This document shows, one piece after another, positions 33,220 through 46,370 of a stretch of 64,000 nucleotides of DNA (position 1 is the first letter of the stretch; each line of letters begins with the position of its first letter). The stretch covers positions 1-64,000 of the forward strand of contig NIVC01002126.1 in NCBI GenBank assembly GCA_002269645.1, given 5' to 3'. The position numbers were made by a program, and so were the translations under genes. The notes beneath the pieces were generated by a model that searched no databases, was not told the DNA's origin, and worked only from the letters and a program-made list of their open reading frames with translations. Source of the stretch: Macrostomum lignano (Eukaryota).

Positions 33220-34525
33220 TAGTCAGGGATCTGTTCTAACATGTTGTCAGGGATCTGTTCAAGCATGTTGTCAGGGATCTGTTCAAGCATGTTGTTAGGG
33301 ATCTGTTCAAGCATGTTGTCAGGGATCTGTTCAAGCATGTTGTCAGGGATCTGTACCAACATGTTGTCAGGGATCTGTTCAAACATGTTGTTAGGGATCT
33401 GTTCAAGCATGTTGTCAGGGATCTGTACCAACATGTTGTCAGGGATCTGTTCAAGCATGTTGTTAGGGATCTGTTCAAGCATGTTGTTAGGGATCTGTTC
33501 AAGCATGTTGTTAGGGATCTGTTCAAGCATGTTGTCAGGGATCTGTTCCAACATGTTGTCAGGGATCTGTTCCAACATGTTGTTAGGGATCTGTTCAAGC
33601 ATGTTGTCAGGGATCTGTTCAAGCATGTTGTCAGGGATCTGTTCAAGCATGTTGTTAGGGATCTGTTCAAGCATGTTGTTAGGGATCTGTTCAAGCATGT
33701 TGTTAGGGATCTGTTCAAGCATGTTGTCAGGGATCTGTACCAACATGTTGTCAGGGATCTGTTCAAGCATGTTGTTAGGGATCTGTTCAAGCATGTTGTC
33801 AGGGATCTGTACCAACATGTTGTCAGGGATCTGTTCAAGCATGTTGTTAGGGATCTGTTCAAGCATGTTGTTAGGGATCTGTTCAAGCATGTTGTTAGGG
33901 ATCTGTTCAAGCATGTTGTCAGGGATCTGTTCCAACATGTTGTCAGGGATCTGTTCCAACATGTTGTTAGGGATCTGTTCAAGCATGTTGTCAGGGATCT
34001 GTTCAAGCATGTTGTCAGGGATCTGTTCAAGCATGTTGTTAGGGATCTGTTCAAGCATGTTGTTAGGGATCTGTTCAAGCATGTTGTTAGGGATCTGTTC
34101 AAGCATGTTGTCAGGGATCTGTTCAAGCATGTTGTTAGGGATCTGTTCCAACATGTTTACAGGGATCTGATCCAGCATGTTGTCAGGGATCTGTTCCAAC
34201 ATGTTGTCAAGAATCTGTTCCGACATGTTGTCAGGGATCTGTTCCAACATGTCGTCAGGGATCTGTTCCAACATGTCGTCATTAATCTGTTCCAACATGT
34301 CGTCGGGGATCTGCTCCAACATGTTGTCAGGAATCTGTTCCAACATGTCGTCAGGGATCTGTTCCAACATGTTGTCAGGAATCTGTTCCAACATGTCGTC
34401 AGGGATCTGTTCCAACATGTTGTCAGGAATTTGTTCTAACATGTCGTCAGGGATCTGTTCCAACATGTTGTCAGGAATTTGTTCTAACATGTTGTCAGGG
34501 ATCTGTTCCAAGATGTTGTCAGGGA
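33220..34525. repeat. 24-bp minisatellite (ATCTGTTCAAGCATGTTGTTAGGG)
   Basis: About 54 copies; source of the QIPDNMLE-repeat ORFs. Confidence 0.95.
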
Positions 34526-34661
34526 AGAGAAATGAAGACCAACAGTGGAAATATAAAATAGTCGATGATTTACAAAATGCTAAAGCAGGCAGGAGTTCTG
34601 AGCACGCATGGTGCAACGCCTTCGTCGACAGCGAGGCAATTCTGCCCATCCGCTGACTCCT

Positions 34662-34925
34662 GGGAGCGGTTGTAGCCTAGTGGTTAGAGGGTCGGACTCA
34701 CGACTTGAAGGTCGGGGGTTCGATTCCCGATCTCACTCGGAAAAATTTGTGTCCTTGAGCAAGACACTTGACTTTGCATTGCTTCAGTTCACCCAGCTGT
34801 AAAATAGGTGCCAGCCCAATTAGCTGAGGTAATTGGGGGAGCGTGGCGACCCCTCCCCAGTCCTTGAACTGAGCAGCAATAGCTGCAGCTGAGCTGTCGG
34901 TTGCACATCTGGCCCAACTGGGGTA
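34662..34925 (+). mobile_element. tRNA-derived SINE with CORE-like central domain
   Basis: Pol III A box TAGCCTAGTGG (34673-34683) and B box GGTTCGATTCC (34717-34727), followed by TTGTGTCCTTGAGCAAGACACTT...CAGTTCACCCAGCTGTAAAAT resembling the MIR/CORE domain. Second copy at 4166-4375. Confidence 0.8.
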
Positions 34926-35689
34926 GGTGTAACTATTTATGTAACTACCCACTGACCAGTTTTTGTGCTCAAAAGTACCCAAAATAATGTGGTCGCGACC
35001 GGAACTGAAGCAGGATTTGCGGAGCGAGAGCTCACACGTGTTTACCATTGAGCTTTTCTGCCCCTGATGCATTCTGTTTATTAGAATTTGAGTCTAGCAT
35101 GTCCCGACGCGAGGTACCTAAGCTTGGATTGAATAAGTTACGTTGGTAATCAAAGCCTCAGCCAGCAGCATCTCTCATAAGTGATTTTTTATTCCCCTTA
35201 GGGATACTGCATAGAACGAAGGCAAACAGCAAATACTAGGTAGCTATGGAATAGTTTGCAGAGGCCGAGGGCCAGATGCCAGGTAGATAATATTATAGGA
35301 GACCCCGGAAGCTGGGAACGAAATTTCCAGTTGACGTATTCTCAAATGACGGGCGCATACAAAACAAGCTTAACAACCGGGACACAAGCTGAAATATGAT
35401 GCTACGACACGGAACAGATGGGAGCCGATACAGTTATAATCCATTCCCATGTATTTTTATTTGATACTCAAGTTGTCTAATCAAAGCGATTTCTTGTTTT
35501 TGTTTGTACTAAAATTGCACATTTAACAGCATTGCGATTTAGAAGCTAAAAGCTCAGATTACTGGTAAAATTTGAAACTTTTTCCAGCTAAAGCTTAGTT
35601 AATTTGTAAAATTTGAATCGAAAATAAAAATAACATTTAAATGAGACTCCGACACAAGCTATAATGACAGTGTCTGTACTGAGGTAAAT

Positions 35690-35915
35690 AGGTGTCAATG
35701 AACTCAAACTGATGTGAATCTAGGTGCCAATGGACTTTAAATGAGTTGAATCTCAAGTTCCAGTAAGCTCCAACTGAGGTGAATCTAGATGTAAATGAAC
35801 TTCAAGTGAAGTGAATCTATAGGTATTAATGAACTCCAACTGAGGTGAATCTAGGTATGAATGAACTCCAACTGAGGTGAATCTAGGTGAATGAACTCTT
35901 AATGAGATGAATCTC
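35690..35915. repeat. Degenerate orphan copies of the 36-bp satellite, downstream of the GPCR
   Basis: GAACTCCAACTGAGGTGAATCT units identical to the core of the 38480-43708 array. Confidence 0.8.
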
Positions 35916-36070
35916 AAGGTGAGATGAGATGCTTGTACAACAAATTTAACCGACAGCTCAAACTTGCTAAAGCGGAAACATTGCATGGAGATAGGTAATG
36001 CCTATGATTTTAGATGTCGTCACAATTTTCAATCAATTCAGCTTGATAAAGACGTTTTATCAAGCAAACA

Positions 36071-37962
36071 TCAGTTATTATCATTGGACTGATGAAGCAT
36101 GGCGGTCAGCTCCAGACTCTCAGCAGGTGGTACTTCTTCGTGGCTGGCCTCAGCTTCCATAGTATTGTCTTGTCCTAGGTAGTCTTCCGTAGCCTCTGGC
36201 TGTTTGGCTACAGACCGGTGCTTCGCCTCTGGAGCAGCCGGTTCCGCGTTTCTGGGCAGCCAGGTGAGAAAAATAGCCGAGAACGTGTCACGAAACTGCT
36301 TCGACATTGAGGTGTACAGCACAAAATTGACGCTGTTGTTAATCAGCGATAGAAGGTCCAGCAGGTCGCCTAGCGGAGTGTAGACGTTGTCTTCAAACGA
36401 ATCGGACACGAAGCACAGCAACGACATGACACCCTGCGGCAGCTCGGTGATGAGGAACACGATCACAATGGCCAGCAACATTCGGGTGGTTCGAAGCTCT
36501 CGCTTGTCCGCTCGCTGCTCTCTTCGACCGGCCGGGACGCCGTTGTTGGACGGACTGGCGGCTGCTGCGGCTGGGTTCCTGTTCAGCAGCTTACGCCGGC
36601 GTCTTGCCGACTTCGAAAGCTGACCGATAAGCAGCACGGTCATGGCGCTGAGCATGAGGCAGGGCAGGATCTTGTACAATATGGCTATTGTCCAATAGTT
36701 GCTCAGCACCAGAGTGTCGCTAACCCACTGAGCCGCGTCGATGAAGTACAGAGTGGCGTTGGTGACAGGAGATCGGCAGGCCCTAGGCGCGTTGACTAGG
36801 TAATTCGGTATGCTAGTCAGGCAGCAGGCGATGCAGATCGCAGCGATACAGATTGATACGTTTCTGTGGCTGGCAAGCCTCGCTCCGGTAGTTGGAAATG
36901 CGATGTACAGGTAGCGGAACACGGCCAGGGCCACGGTGAGCCAGCAGGCGGCTGTGTGCAGCACCAGCACCAGGCTGATGGTGAACAGAGAGTACAGAAT
37001 CCAGCCGTACTGCTGCGTGTGCGGCTCCGCGAGTTCGGCGGGGACACCTCGACGACCGGTCGGATTTTTCAAGGTGAAGTGAGCCACCTGGCGTTGGGGC
37101 GTTGAAGGGTAACTACAGGTGAGCTAGTTCTTTAATTATTGGTTATGCATTGGTGTAATTACTGAGCTAAGGTACTAGAGTCAGTGGTGTAGCCAGTGGA
37201 GGGGCAGCCTCTCACCTCTGACGGTATTGCGACTGGGTGACTGACGTCTCTGATGCTGACATCTACTCAAAAAAAATTAACGTCTCTGATGCTGACATCT
37301 ACTCAAATAAACTGACGTCTCTGATGCTGACATCTACTCAAATAAACTGACGTCTCTGATGCTGACATCTACTCAAATAAACTGACGTCTCTGATGCTGA
37401 CATCTACTCAAATAAACTGACGTCTCTTGTGCTGACATCTACTCAAATAAACTGACGTCTCTTGTGCTGACATCTACTCAAATAAACTGACGTCTCTGGT
37501 GCTGACATCTACTCAAATAAACTGACGTCTCTGGTGCTGACATCTACTCAAATAAACTGACGTCTCTGGTGCTGACATCTACTCAAATAAACTGATACTA
37601 TATATCTTGTGCTGCAATGATTGAGGTACTTTATTCCTGTCAAGCAGTACTAGGCGCTTGTGAACTCCAATTCAGACGCAGCTCACCTGAAAGAAATAGG
37701 TCAGCATGGTGAACAGGTCAGCAGCTGCGACGGCAATCAAAATCCGATTGACCGAGCTAACGGACAAGCTCTTCCTGGTGAGCACGGCGATGTTCGCCAC
37801 GTTGGCAACAACCCCCAGCAGGCAGAGGGTGACGCTTACGTAGCCGTGAACGGTGCCATAAATTTCCTGGAATCGCACCAATCCCAGGTGCACGGAGGGC
37901 ACCGAAACTGACAAATTGCTGCAACATCTCGTCAGGTCATCCAAGCTGATGGTGGCTCCCAT
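36071..37962 (-). CDS. Rhodopsin-like peptide GPCR of the myosuppressin/DMS-receptor (Srw-like) group; 2 exons, 430 aa
   Basis: Exons 37962-37687 and 37087-36071 (phase 0, GT-AG). TM1 HGYVSVTLCLLGVVAN, TM2 LIAVAAADL, TM3 HTAACWLTVALAVFRY, TM6 FLITELPQG, TM7 NNSVNFVLYTSMSKQFR. Confidence 0.9.
37235..37595. repeat. 35-bp minisatellite (AAACTGACGTCTCTGATGCTGACATCTACTCAAAT) in the GPCR intron
   Basis: About 10 tandem copies. Confidence 0.92.
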
Positions 37963-38479
37963 GGCCGCAACTTTAGCGTAATTATGCCTCGTAACCTGTG
38001 CGGGCGCGTATCGGATAACAGCAGTTGCAGGATGATAGCATTAGAACGTGACTCGTATCCAATCTTAAGATAATTACAGGTACCGCTGCAAGTCCTAATG
38101 CGGGTAGAGCGCTAAGAGGAAGTGATGGGCTGCTGGAACAGGAAGATGACTTGATGGGACTTGTTCAGCTTGAGGAGTGATGAACTGGATTGAATCGACA
38201 AGCGAAAATCCTACTTCAGTTCGATGGAAATAGAAAATTTGCTGAAAAACGAGTCATTTAGGTGAGTAGTTCTGCCTAAACCATGGTTAATTATCTATAT
38301 TGTACCTATTGAGTGCTCAAAGCTGCTTTCTACTACTACGAGCGTATATATTCCAGTGCGTTTACTGCAGTTCTTTATCAGCAGTTTGGCCTAAATATTG
38401 TGCCCATACTGAACTGGATATGAAACGATGATATTCCATAATAAATCCGCGTGATTTGCGTATGTGACTCAAAAATTCA

Positions 38480-41400
38480 AGCTGAGGTGAATCTCAAAGT
38501 GCTAGTGAACTCCAACTGAGGTGAATCTCAAGGTGTCAGTATGAACTCCAACTGAGGTGAATCTCAAGGTGTCAATATGAACTCCAACTGAGGTGAATCT
38601 CAGGTATCAATAAGAACTCCAACTGAGGTGAATTGAGTCTCAAGGTGTCAATATGAACTCCAACTGAGGTGAATCTCAAGGTATCAATAAGAACTCCAAC
38701 TGAGGTGAATCTCAGGTATCAATATGAACTCCAACTGAGGTGAATCTCAGGTATCAATATGAACTCCAACTGAGGTGAATCTCAGGTATCAATAAGAACT
38801 CCAACTGAGGTGAATCTCAGGTATCAATAAGAACTCCAACTGAGGTGAATCTCAGGTATCAATAAGAACTCCAACTGAGGTGAATCTCAGGTATCAATAA
38901 GAACTCCAACTGAGGTGAATCTCAAGGTGTCAATATGAACTCCAACTGAGGTGAATCTCAAGGTGTCAATATGAACTCCAACTGAGGTGAATCTCAGGTA
39001 TCAATAAGAACTCCAACTGAGGTGAATTGAGTCTCAAGGTGTCAATATGAACTCCAACTGAGGTGAATCTCAAGGTGTCAGTATGAACTCCAACTGAGGT
39101 GAATCTCAAGTGTCAATAAGAACTCCAACTGAGGTGAATCTCAAGGTGTCAATATGAACTCCAACTGAGGTGAATCTCAGGTATCAATAAGAACTCCAAC
39201 TGAGGTGAATCTCAAGGTATCAATAAGAACTCCAACTGAGGTGAATCTCAAGGTGTCAATAAGAACTCCAACTGAGGTGAATCTCAAGGTGTCAATAAGA
39301 ACTCCAACTGAGGTGAATCTCAAGGTATCAATAAGAACTCCAACTGAGGTGAATCTCAAGGTGTCAGTATGAACTCCAACTGAGGTGGATCTCAAGGTGT
39401 CAATATGAACTCCAACTGAGGTGAATGTCAAGGTGTCAATATGAACTCCAACTGAGGTGAATCTCAAGGTGTCAGTATGAACTCCAACTGAGGTGAATCT
39501 CAAGGTGTCAGTATGAACTCCAACTGAGGTGAATCTCAAGGTGTCAGTATGAACTCCAACTGAGGTGAATCTCAAGGTGTCAATATGAACTCCAACTGAG
39601 GTGAATCTCAGGTATCAATAAGAACTCCAACTGAGGTGAATTGAGTCTCAAGGTGTCAATATGAACTCCAACTGAGGTGAATCTCAAGTGTCAATAAGAA
39701 CTCCAACTGAGGTGAATCTCAAGGTGTCAGTATGAACTCCAACTGAGGTGAATCTCAAGGTGTCAATATGAACTCCAACTGAGGTGAATCTCAAGGTGTC
39801 AGTATGAACTCCAACTGAGGTGAATCTCAAGGTGTCAATATGAACTCCAACTGAGGTGAATCTCAGGTATCAATATGAACTCCAACTGAGGTGAATCTCA
39901 AGGTGTCAATAAGAATCCCAACTGAGGTGAATCTCAGGTATCAATAAGAACTCCAACTGAGGTGAATCTCAAGGTGTCAGTATGAACTCCAACTGAGGTG
40001 AATCTCAAGGTGTCAATATGAACTCCAACTGAGGTGAATCTCAAGGTGTCAATATGAACTCCAACTGAGGTGAATCTCAAGGTGTCAATATGAACTCCAA
40101 CTGAGGTGAATCTCAGGTATCAATAAGAACTCCAACTGAGGTGAATCTCAAGGTGTCAGTATGAACTCCAACTGAGGTGAATCTCAAGGTGTCAATATGA
40201 ACTCCAACTGAGGTGAATCTCAAGGTGTCAGTATGAACTCCAACTGAGGTGAATCTCAAGGTGTCAATATGAACTCCAACTGAGGTGAATCTCAGGTATC
40301 AATAAGAACTCCAACTGAGGTGAATTCAAGGTGTCAATATGAACTCCAACTGAGGTGAATCTCAAGTGTCAATAAGAACTCCAACTGAGGTGAATCTCAA
40401 GGTGTCAGTATGAACTCCAACTGAGGTGAATCTCAAGGTGTCAATATGAACTCCAACTGAGGTGAATCTCAAGGTGTCAGTATGAACTCCAACTGAGGTG
40501 AATCTCAAGGTGTCAATATGAACTCCAACTGAGGTGAATCTCAGGTATCAATATGAACTCCAACTGAGGTGAATCTCAAGGTGTCAATAAGAACTCCAAC
40601 TGAGGTGAATCTCAGGTATCAATAAGAACTCCAACTGAGGTGAATCTCAAGGTGTCAGTATGAACTCCAACTGAGGTGAATCTCAAGGTGTCAATATGAA
40701 CTCCAACTGAGGTGAATCTCAAGGTGTCAGTATGAACTCCAACTGAGGTGAATCTCAAGGTGTCAATATGAACTCCAACTGAGGTGAATCTCAGGTATCA
40801 ATAAGAACTCCAACTGAGGTGAATTGAGTCTCAAGGTGTCAATATGAACTCCAACTGAGGTGAATCTCAAGTGTCAATAAGAACTCCAACTGAGGTGAAT
40901 CTCAAGGTGTCAGTATGAACTCCAACTGAGGTGAATCTCAAGGTGTCAATATGAACTCCAACTGAGGTGAATCTCAAGGTGTCAGTATGAACTCCAACTG
41001 AGGTGAATCTCAAGGTGTCAATATGAACTCCAACTGAGGTGAATCTCAGGTATCAATAAGAACTCCAACTGAGGTGAATCTCAAGGTATCAATAAGAACT
41101 CCAACTGAGGTGAATCTCAAGGTATCAATAAGAACTCCAACTGAGGTGAATCTCAAGGTGTCAATAAGAACTCCAACTGAGGTGAATCTCAAGGTATCAA
41201 TAAGAACTCCAACTGAGGTGAATCTCAAGGTGTCAGTATGAACTCCAACTGAGGTGGATCTCAAGGTGTCAATATGAACTCCAACTGAGGTGAATCTCAA
41301 GGTGTCAATATGAACTCCAACTGAGGTGAATCTCAAGGTGTCAGTATGAACTCCAACTGAGGTGAATCTCAAGGTGTCAGTATGAACTCCAACTGAGGTG

Positions 41401-43708
41401 AATCTCAAGGTGTCAATACGAACTCCAACTGAGGTGAATCTCAAGGTGTCAATAAGAACTCCAACTGAGGTGAATCTCAGGTATCAATATGAACTCCAAC
41501 TGAGGTGAATCTCAAGGTGTCAATATGAACTCCAACTGAGGTGAATCTCAAGGTGTCAATAAGAACTCCAACTGAGGTGAATCTCAAGGTATCAATAAGA
41601 ACTCCAACTGAGGTGAATCTCAGGTATCAATAAGAACTCCAACTGAGGTGAATCTCAGGTATCAATAAGAACTCCAACTGAGGTGAATCTCAGGTATCAA
41701 TAAGAACTCCAACTGAGGTGAATCTCAAGGTGTCAGTATGAACTCCAACTGAGGTGAATCTCAAGGTGTCAATATGAACTCCAACTGAGGTGAATCTCAA
41801 GGTGTCAATATGAACTCCAACTGAGGTGAATCTCAAGGTGTCAATATGAACTCCAACTGAGGTGAATCTCAGGTATCAATAAGAACTCCAACTGAGGTGA
41901 ATCTCAAGGTGTCAGTATGAACTCCAACTGAGGTGAATCTCAAGGTGTCAATATGAACTCCAACTGAGGTGAATCTCAAGGTGTCAGTATGAACTCCAAC
42001 TGAGGTGAATCTCAAGGTGTCAATATGAACTCCAACTGAGGTGAATCTCAGGTATCAATAAGAACTCCAACTGAGGTGAATTGAGTCTCAAGGTGTCAAT
42101 ATGAACTCCAACTGAGGTGAATCTCAAGTGTCAATAAGAACTCCAACTGAGGTGAATCTCAAGGTGTCAGTATGAACTCCAACTGAGGTGAATCTCAAGG
42201 TGTCAATATGAACTCCAACTGAGGTGAATCTCAAGGTGTCAGTATGAACTCCAACTGAGGTGAATCTCAAGGTGTCAATATGAACTCCAACTGAGGTGAA
42301 TCTCAGGTATCAATATGAACTCCAACTGAGGTGAATCTCAAGGTGTCAATAAGAACTCCAACTGAGGTGAATCTCAAGGTGTCAATAAGAACTCCAACTG
42401 AGGTGAATCTCAAGTGTCAATAAGAACTCCAACTGAGGTGAATCTCAAGGTGTCAATAAGAACTCCAACTGAGGTGAATCTCAAGGTGTCAATATGAACT
42501 CCAACTGAAGTGAATCTCAAGGTGTCAATAAGAACTCCAACTGAGGTGAATCTCAAGGTGTCAATAAGAACTCCAACTGAGGTGAATCTCAGGTATCAAT
42601 AAGAACTCCAACTGAGGTGAATCTCAAGGTGTCAGTATGAACTCCAACTGAGGTGAATCTCAAGGTGTCAATATGAACTCCAACTGAGGTGAATCTCAAG
42701 GTGTCAGTATGAACTCCAACTGAGGTGAATCTCAAGGTGTCAATATGAACTCCAACTGAGGTGAATCTCAGGTATCAATAAGAACTCCAACTGAGGTGAA
42801 TCTCAAGGTATCAATAAGAACTCCAACTGAGGTGAATCTCAGGTATCAATAAGAACTCCAACTGAGGTGAATCTCAAGGTGTCAATAAGAACTCCAACTG
42901 AGGTGAATCTCAAGGTATCAATAAGAACTCCAACTGAGGTGAATCTCAAGGTGTCAGTATGAACTCCAACTGAGGTGGATCTCAAGGTGTCAATATGAAC
43001 TCCAACTGAGGTGAATCTCAAGGTGTCAATATGAACTCCAACTGAGGTGAATCTCAAGGTGTCAGTATGAACTCCAACTGAGGTGAATCTCAAGGTGTCA
43101 GTATGAACTCCAACTGAGGTGAATCTCAAGGTGTCAATACGAACTCCAACTGAGGTGAATCTCAAGGTGTCAATAAGAACTCCAACTGAGGTGAATCTCA
43201 GGTATCAATATGAACTCCAACTGAGGTGAATCTCAAGGTGTCAATATGAACTCCAACTGAGGTGAATCTCAAGGTGTCAATAAGAACTCCAACTGAGGTG
43301 AATCTCAAGGTATCAATAAGAACTCCAACTGAGGTGAATCTCAGGTATCAATAAGAACTCCAACTGAGGTGAATCTCAGGTATCAATAAGAACTCCAACT
43401 GAGGTGAATCTCAGGTATCAATAAGAACTCCAACTGAGGTGAATCTCAAGGTGTCAGTATGAACTCCAACTGAGGTGAATCTCAAGGTGTCAATATGAAC
43501 TCCAACTGAGGTGAATCTCAAGGTGTCAATAAGAACTCCAACTGAGGTGAATCTCAGGTATCAATAAGAACTCCAACTGAGGTGAATCTCAAGGTGTCAA
43601 TATGAACTCCAACTGAGGTGAATCTCAAGGTGTCAATATGAACTCCAACTGAGGTGAATCTCAAGGTGTCAATATGAACTCCAACTGAGGTGAATCTCAA
43701 GGTGTCAA
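38480..43708. repeat. 36-bp satellite (GAACTCCAACTGAGGTGAATCTCAAGGTGTCAATAT) with 35-bp variants and higher-order structure
   Basis: About 145 tandem copies with a few recurring variants and no unique spacers. Confidence 0.97.
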
Positions 43709-44332
43709 TGAAGCCGCACTAAATTTCAGTTTGGGCAGGGCATAGCAAAACATCCAGACTCTCGGGTTCCTGTAACTCTTGAAACGCTACTCAATAGTGA
43801 CTGTCATATGGGTAATAACCGAAATGAGCTCGCCAGCCTTCACTTCTCTAGACCGGCCCATGCAGTCAAGTCCCTCCCAAATATCCGGTGAGCGCTGTCT
43901 CAGTCAGAAATCACGAGAAAGCTGATTTTAAACGAAAAACACTACAATTATAACGATTTTAAGGCCGCCTTACCTAGCGCCCTGAACGTGTTGTTGCTAT
44001 GCTGATAAAAATATATGATTTTTTAATTTCCTGCTGCAGTTTCAGGAGCGAATGTTATTCATCTTCAACCGAGTGGACCAAGCATGCCTGAGTGCATTTG
44101 TTTAAAATTTGCCGCATCGTAAAAATGCTTAATTTCAATTATTAAATAGATTCCAAACCCAACTAGTGTTAGCTTAAATCATCCGCACTCGAGGCAATTC
44201 ACTTAAGGACGACTGATAAACACATGAAGCTCCGCTACCTACGCTGCAGCTACGAGCTACACTAGATCGCTGCCTCTACCTCTCCTTCTCGTCAGTTCAA
44301 GCCTCTGAAGTCTACCAGCAAGTTTTTTCATC

Positions 44333-45264
44333 TGTAGTCCATGGCCAAACCAACGTCATCTCTTCAGAAAAAGCGCTTAAGTCTACTAACCGGTTATCCA
44401 TCTTTAGTCTATGGCCAAACCAACGACATCTCTTCAGAAAAAGCGCTTAAGTCAACTAACCGGTTATTCAGCTTTAGTCTATGGCCAAACCAACGACATC
44501 TCTTCAGAAAAAGCGCTTAAGTCTACTAACCGGTTATTCAGCTTTAGTCTATGGCCAAACCAACGACATCTCTTCAGAAAAAGCGCTTAAGTCTACTAAC
44601 CGGTTATTCAGCTTCAGTCTATGGCCAAACCAACGACATCTCTTCAGAAAAAGCGCTTAAGTCTACTAACCGGTTATTCAGCTTTAGTCTATGGCCAAAC
44701 CAACGACATCTCTTCAGAAAAAGCGCTTAAGTCTACTAACCGGTTATTCAGCTTTAGTCTATGGCCAAACCAACGACATCTCTTCAGAAAAAGCGCTTAA
44801 GTCTACTAACCGGTTATTCAGCTTTAGTCTATGGCCAAACCAACGACATCTCTTCAGAAAAAGCGCTTAAGTCTACTAACCGGCTATTCATCTTTAGTCT
44901 ATGGCCAAACCAACGACATCTCTTCAGAAAAAGCGCTTAAGTCTACTAACCGGTTATTCAGCTTCAGTCTATGGCCAAACCAACGACATCTCTTCAGAAA
45001 AAGCGCTTAAGTCTACTAACCGGTTATTCAGCTTCAGTCTATGGCCAAACCAACGACATCTCTTCAGAAAAAGCGCTTAAGTCTACTAACCGGTTATTCA
45101 GCTTTAGTCTATGGCCAAACCAACGACATCTCTTCAGAAAAAGCGCTTAAGTCTACTAACCGGTTATCCATCTTTAGTCTATGGCCAAACCAACGTCATC
45201 TCTTCAGAAAAAGCGCTTAAGTCTACTAACCGGTTATTCAGCTTTAGTCTATGGCCAAACCAAC
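44333..45264. repeat. 70-bp tandem repeat
   Basis: ATGGCCAAACCAAC... recurs every 70 nt from 44341 to 45251 (13 copies plus a partial). Confidence 0.95.
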
Positions 45265-45734
45265 ACTCAAGGACCACTAGAAGTTACCCCGAAATATACC
45301 CTGAAATAATTCCTTATAATATGTAGCGTTTATAAATTTGAAGCGTTAAATCCTCTTAGGTTTAGTAAAAAAAATTATCAGGCGGCAGGCTGTGTTGAAG
45401 GTACCATTTGCTGCATTCCTCACCCATCAGCCCCCCCCCCCTACCAGCCCTCACGTCGCAATGATGAAAGCGCCATATGCGGACGCAGAATCCAAATGCA
45501 TTTCACACTTAACAGTGTACTCGTAATATTGACCAGAAATGGGTATTAAGGGTTTAAGGGACACAGATGGTTGGCGATAGGGCGAACTGCAAATGGAAGA
45601 CGATCCGACAGTTAAAAGGTTCATTTTAAAAAAAAGTTGTTTCCGCCTGTGGCCTCGGATTTTATGGTGGTTGGGTAAAAACCCTAGAATCTTAACCGAA
45701 ATATTCCTATGATTGGGAATCTGTTAACACCGAT

Positions 45735-46370
45735 TTTGGCACCACAAGCGCTTATTTTGGCGCCACAGACATTCATTTTGGCGCCACAGACACTTATTTT
45801 GGCGCCACAGACATTCATTTTGGCGCCACAGACACTCATTTTGGCGCCACAGACACTCATTTTGGCGCCGTAGACACTCGTTTTGGCGCCGCAGGCACTC
45901 ATTTTGGCGCCACAGACACTCATTTTGGCGCCGCAGGCACTCATTTTGGCGCCACAGACACTCATTTTGGCGCGGTAGACACTCATTTTGGCGCCATAGA
46001 CACTCATTTTGGCGCCACAGACACTCATTTTGGCGCCACAGACACTCATTTTGGCGCCGCAGGCACTCATTTTGGCGCCACAGACACTCATTTTGGCGCC
46101 ACAGACACTCATTTTGGCGCCACAGACACTCATTTTGGCGCCATAGACACTCATTTTGGCGCCGCAGGCACTCATTTTGGCGCCATAGACACTCATTTTG
46201 GCGCCACAGACACTCATTTTGGCGCCACAGACACTCATTTTGGCGCCGTAGACACTCGTTATGGCGCTGCAGGCACTCATTTTAGCGCCGCAGGCACTTA
46301 TTTTGGCGCCGCAGGCACTCATTTTGGCGCCACAGACACTCATTTTGGCGCCGCAGACACCAATTTTGCG
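45735..46370 (-). repeat. 21-bp minisatellite (GCGCCAAAATGAGTGTCTGTG on the minus strand)
   Basis: About 30 copies. Confidence 0.92.

Noticed and set aside
33198-34656. 483-aa QIPDNMLE repeat protein and overlapping ORFs
   Set aside because: Open in several frames and on both strands because the 24-bp unit lacks stops; no unique domain, splice structure or credible start.
34662-34735. Functional tRNA gene
   Set aside because: A and B boxes are present but the anticodon and acceptor stems pair poorly, and the sequence runs into a SINE body found again at 4166.
39177-43165. TLRFTSVGV repeat ORFs
   Set aside because: Satellite translation artefacts.
38480-43708. CRISPR array (36-bp repeat length is CRISPR-like)
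   Set aside because: Units are directly abutting with no unique spacers, there are no cas genes, and the context is eukaryotic; it is a satellite.
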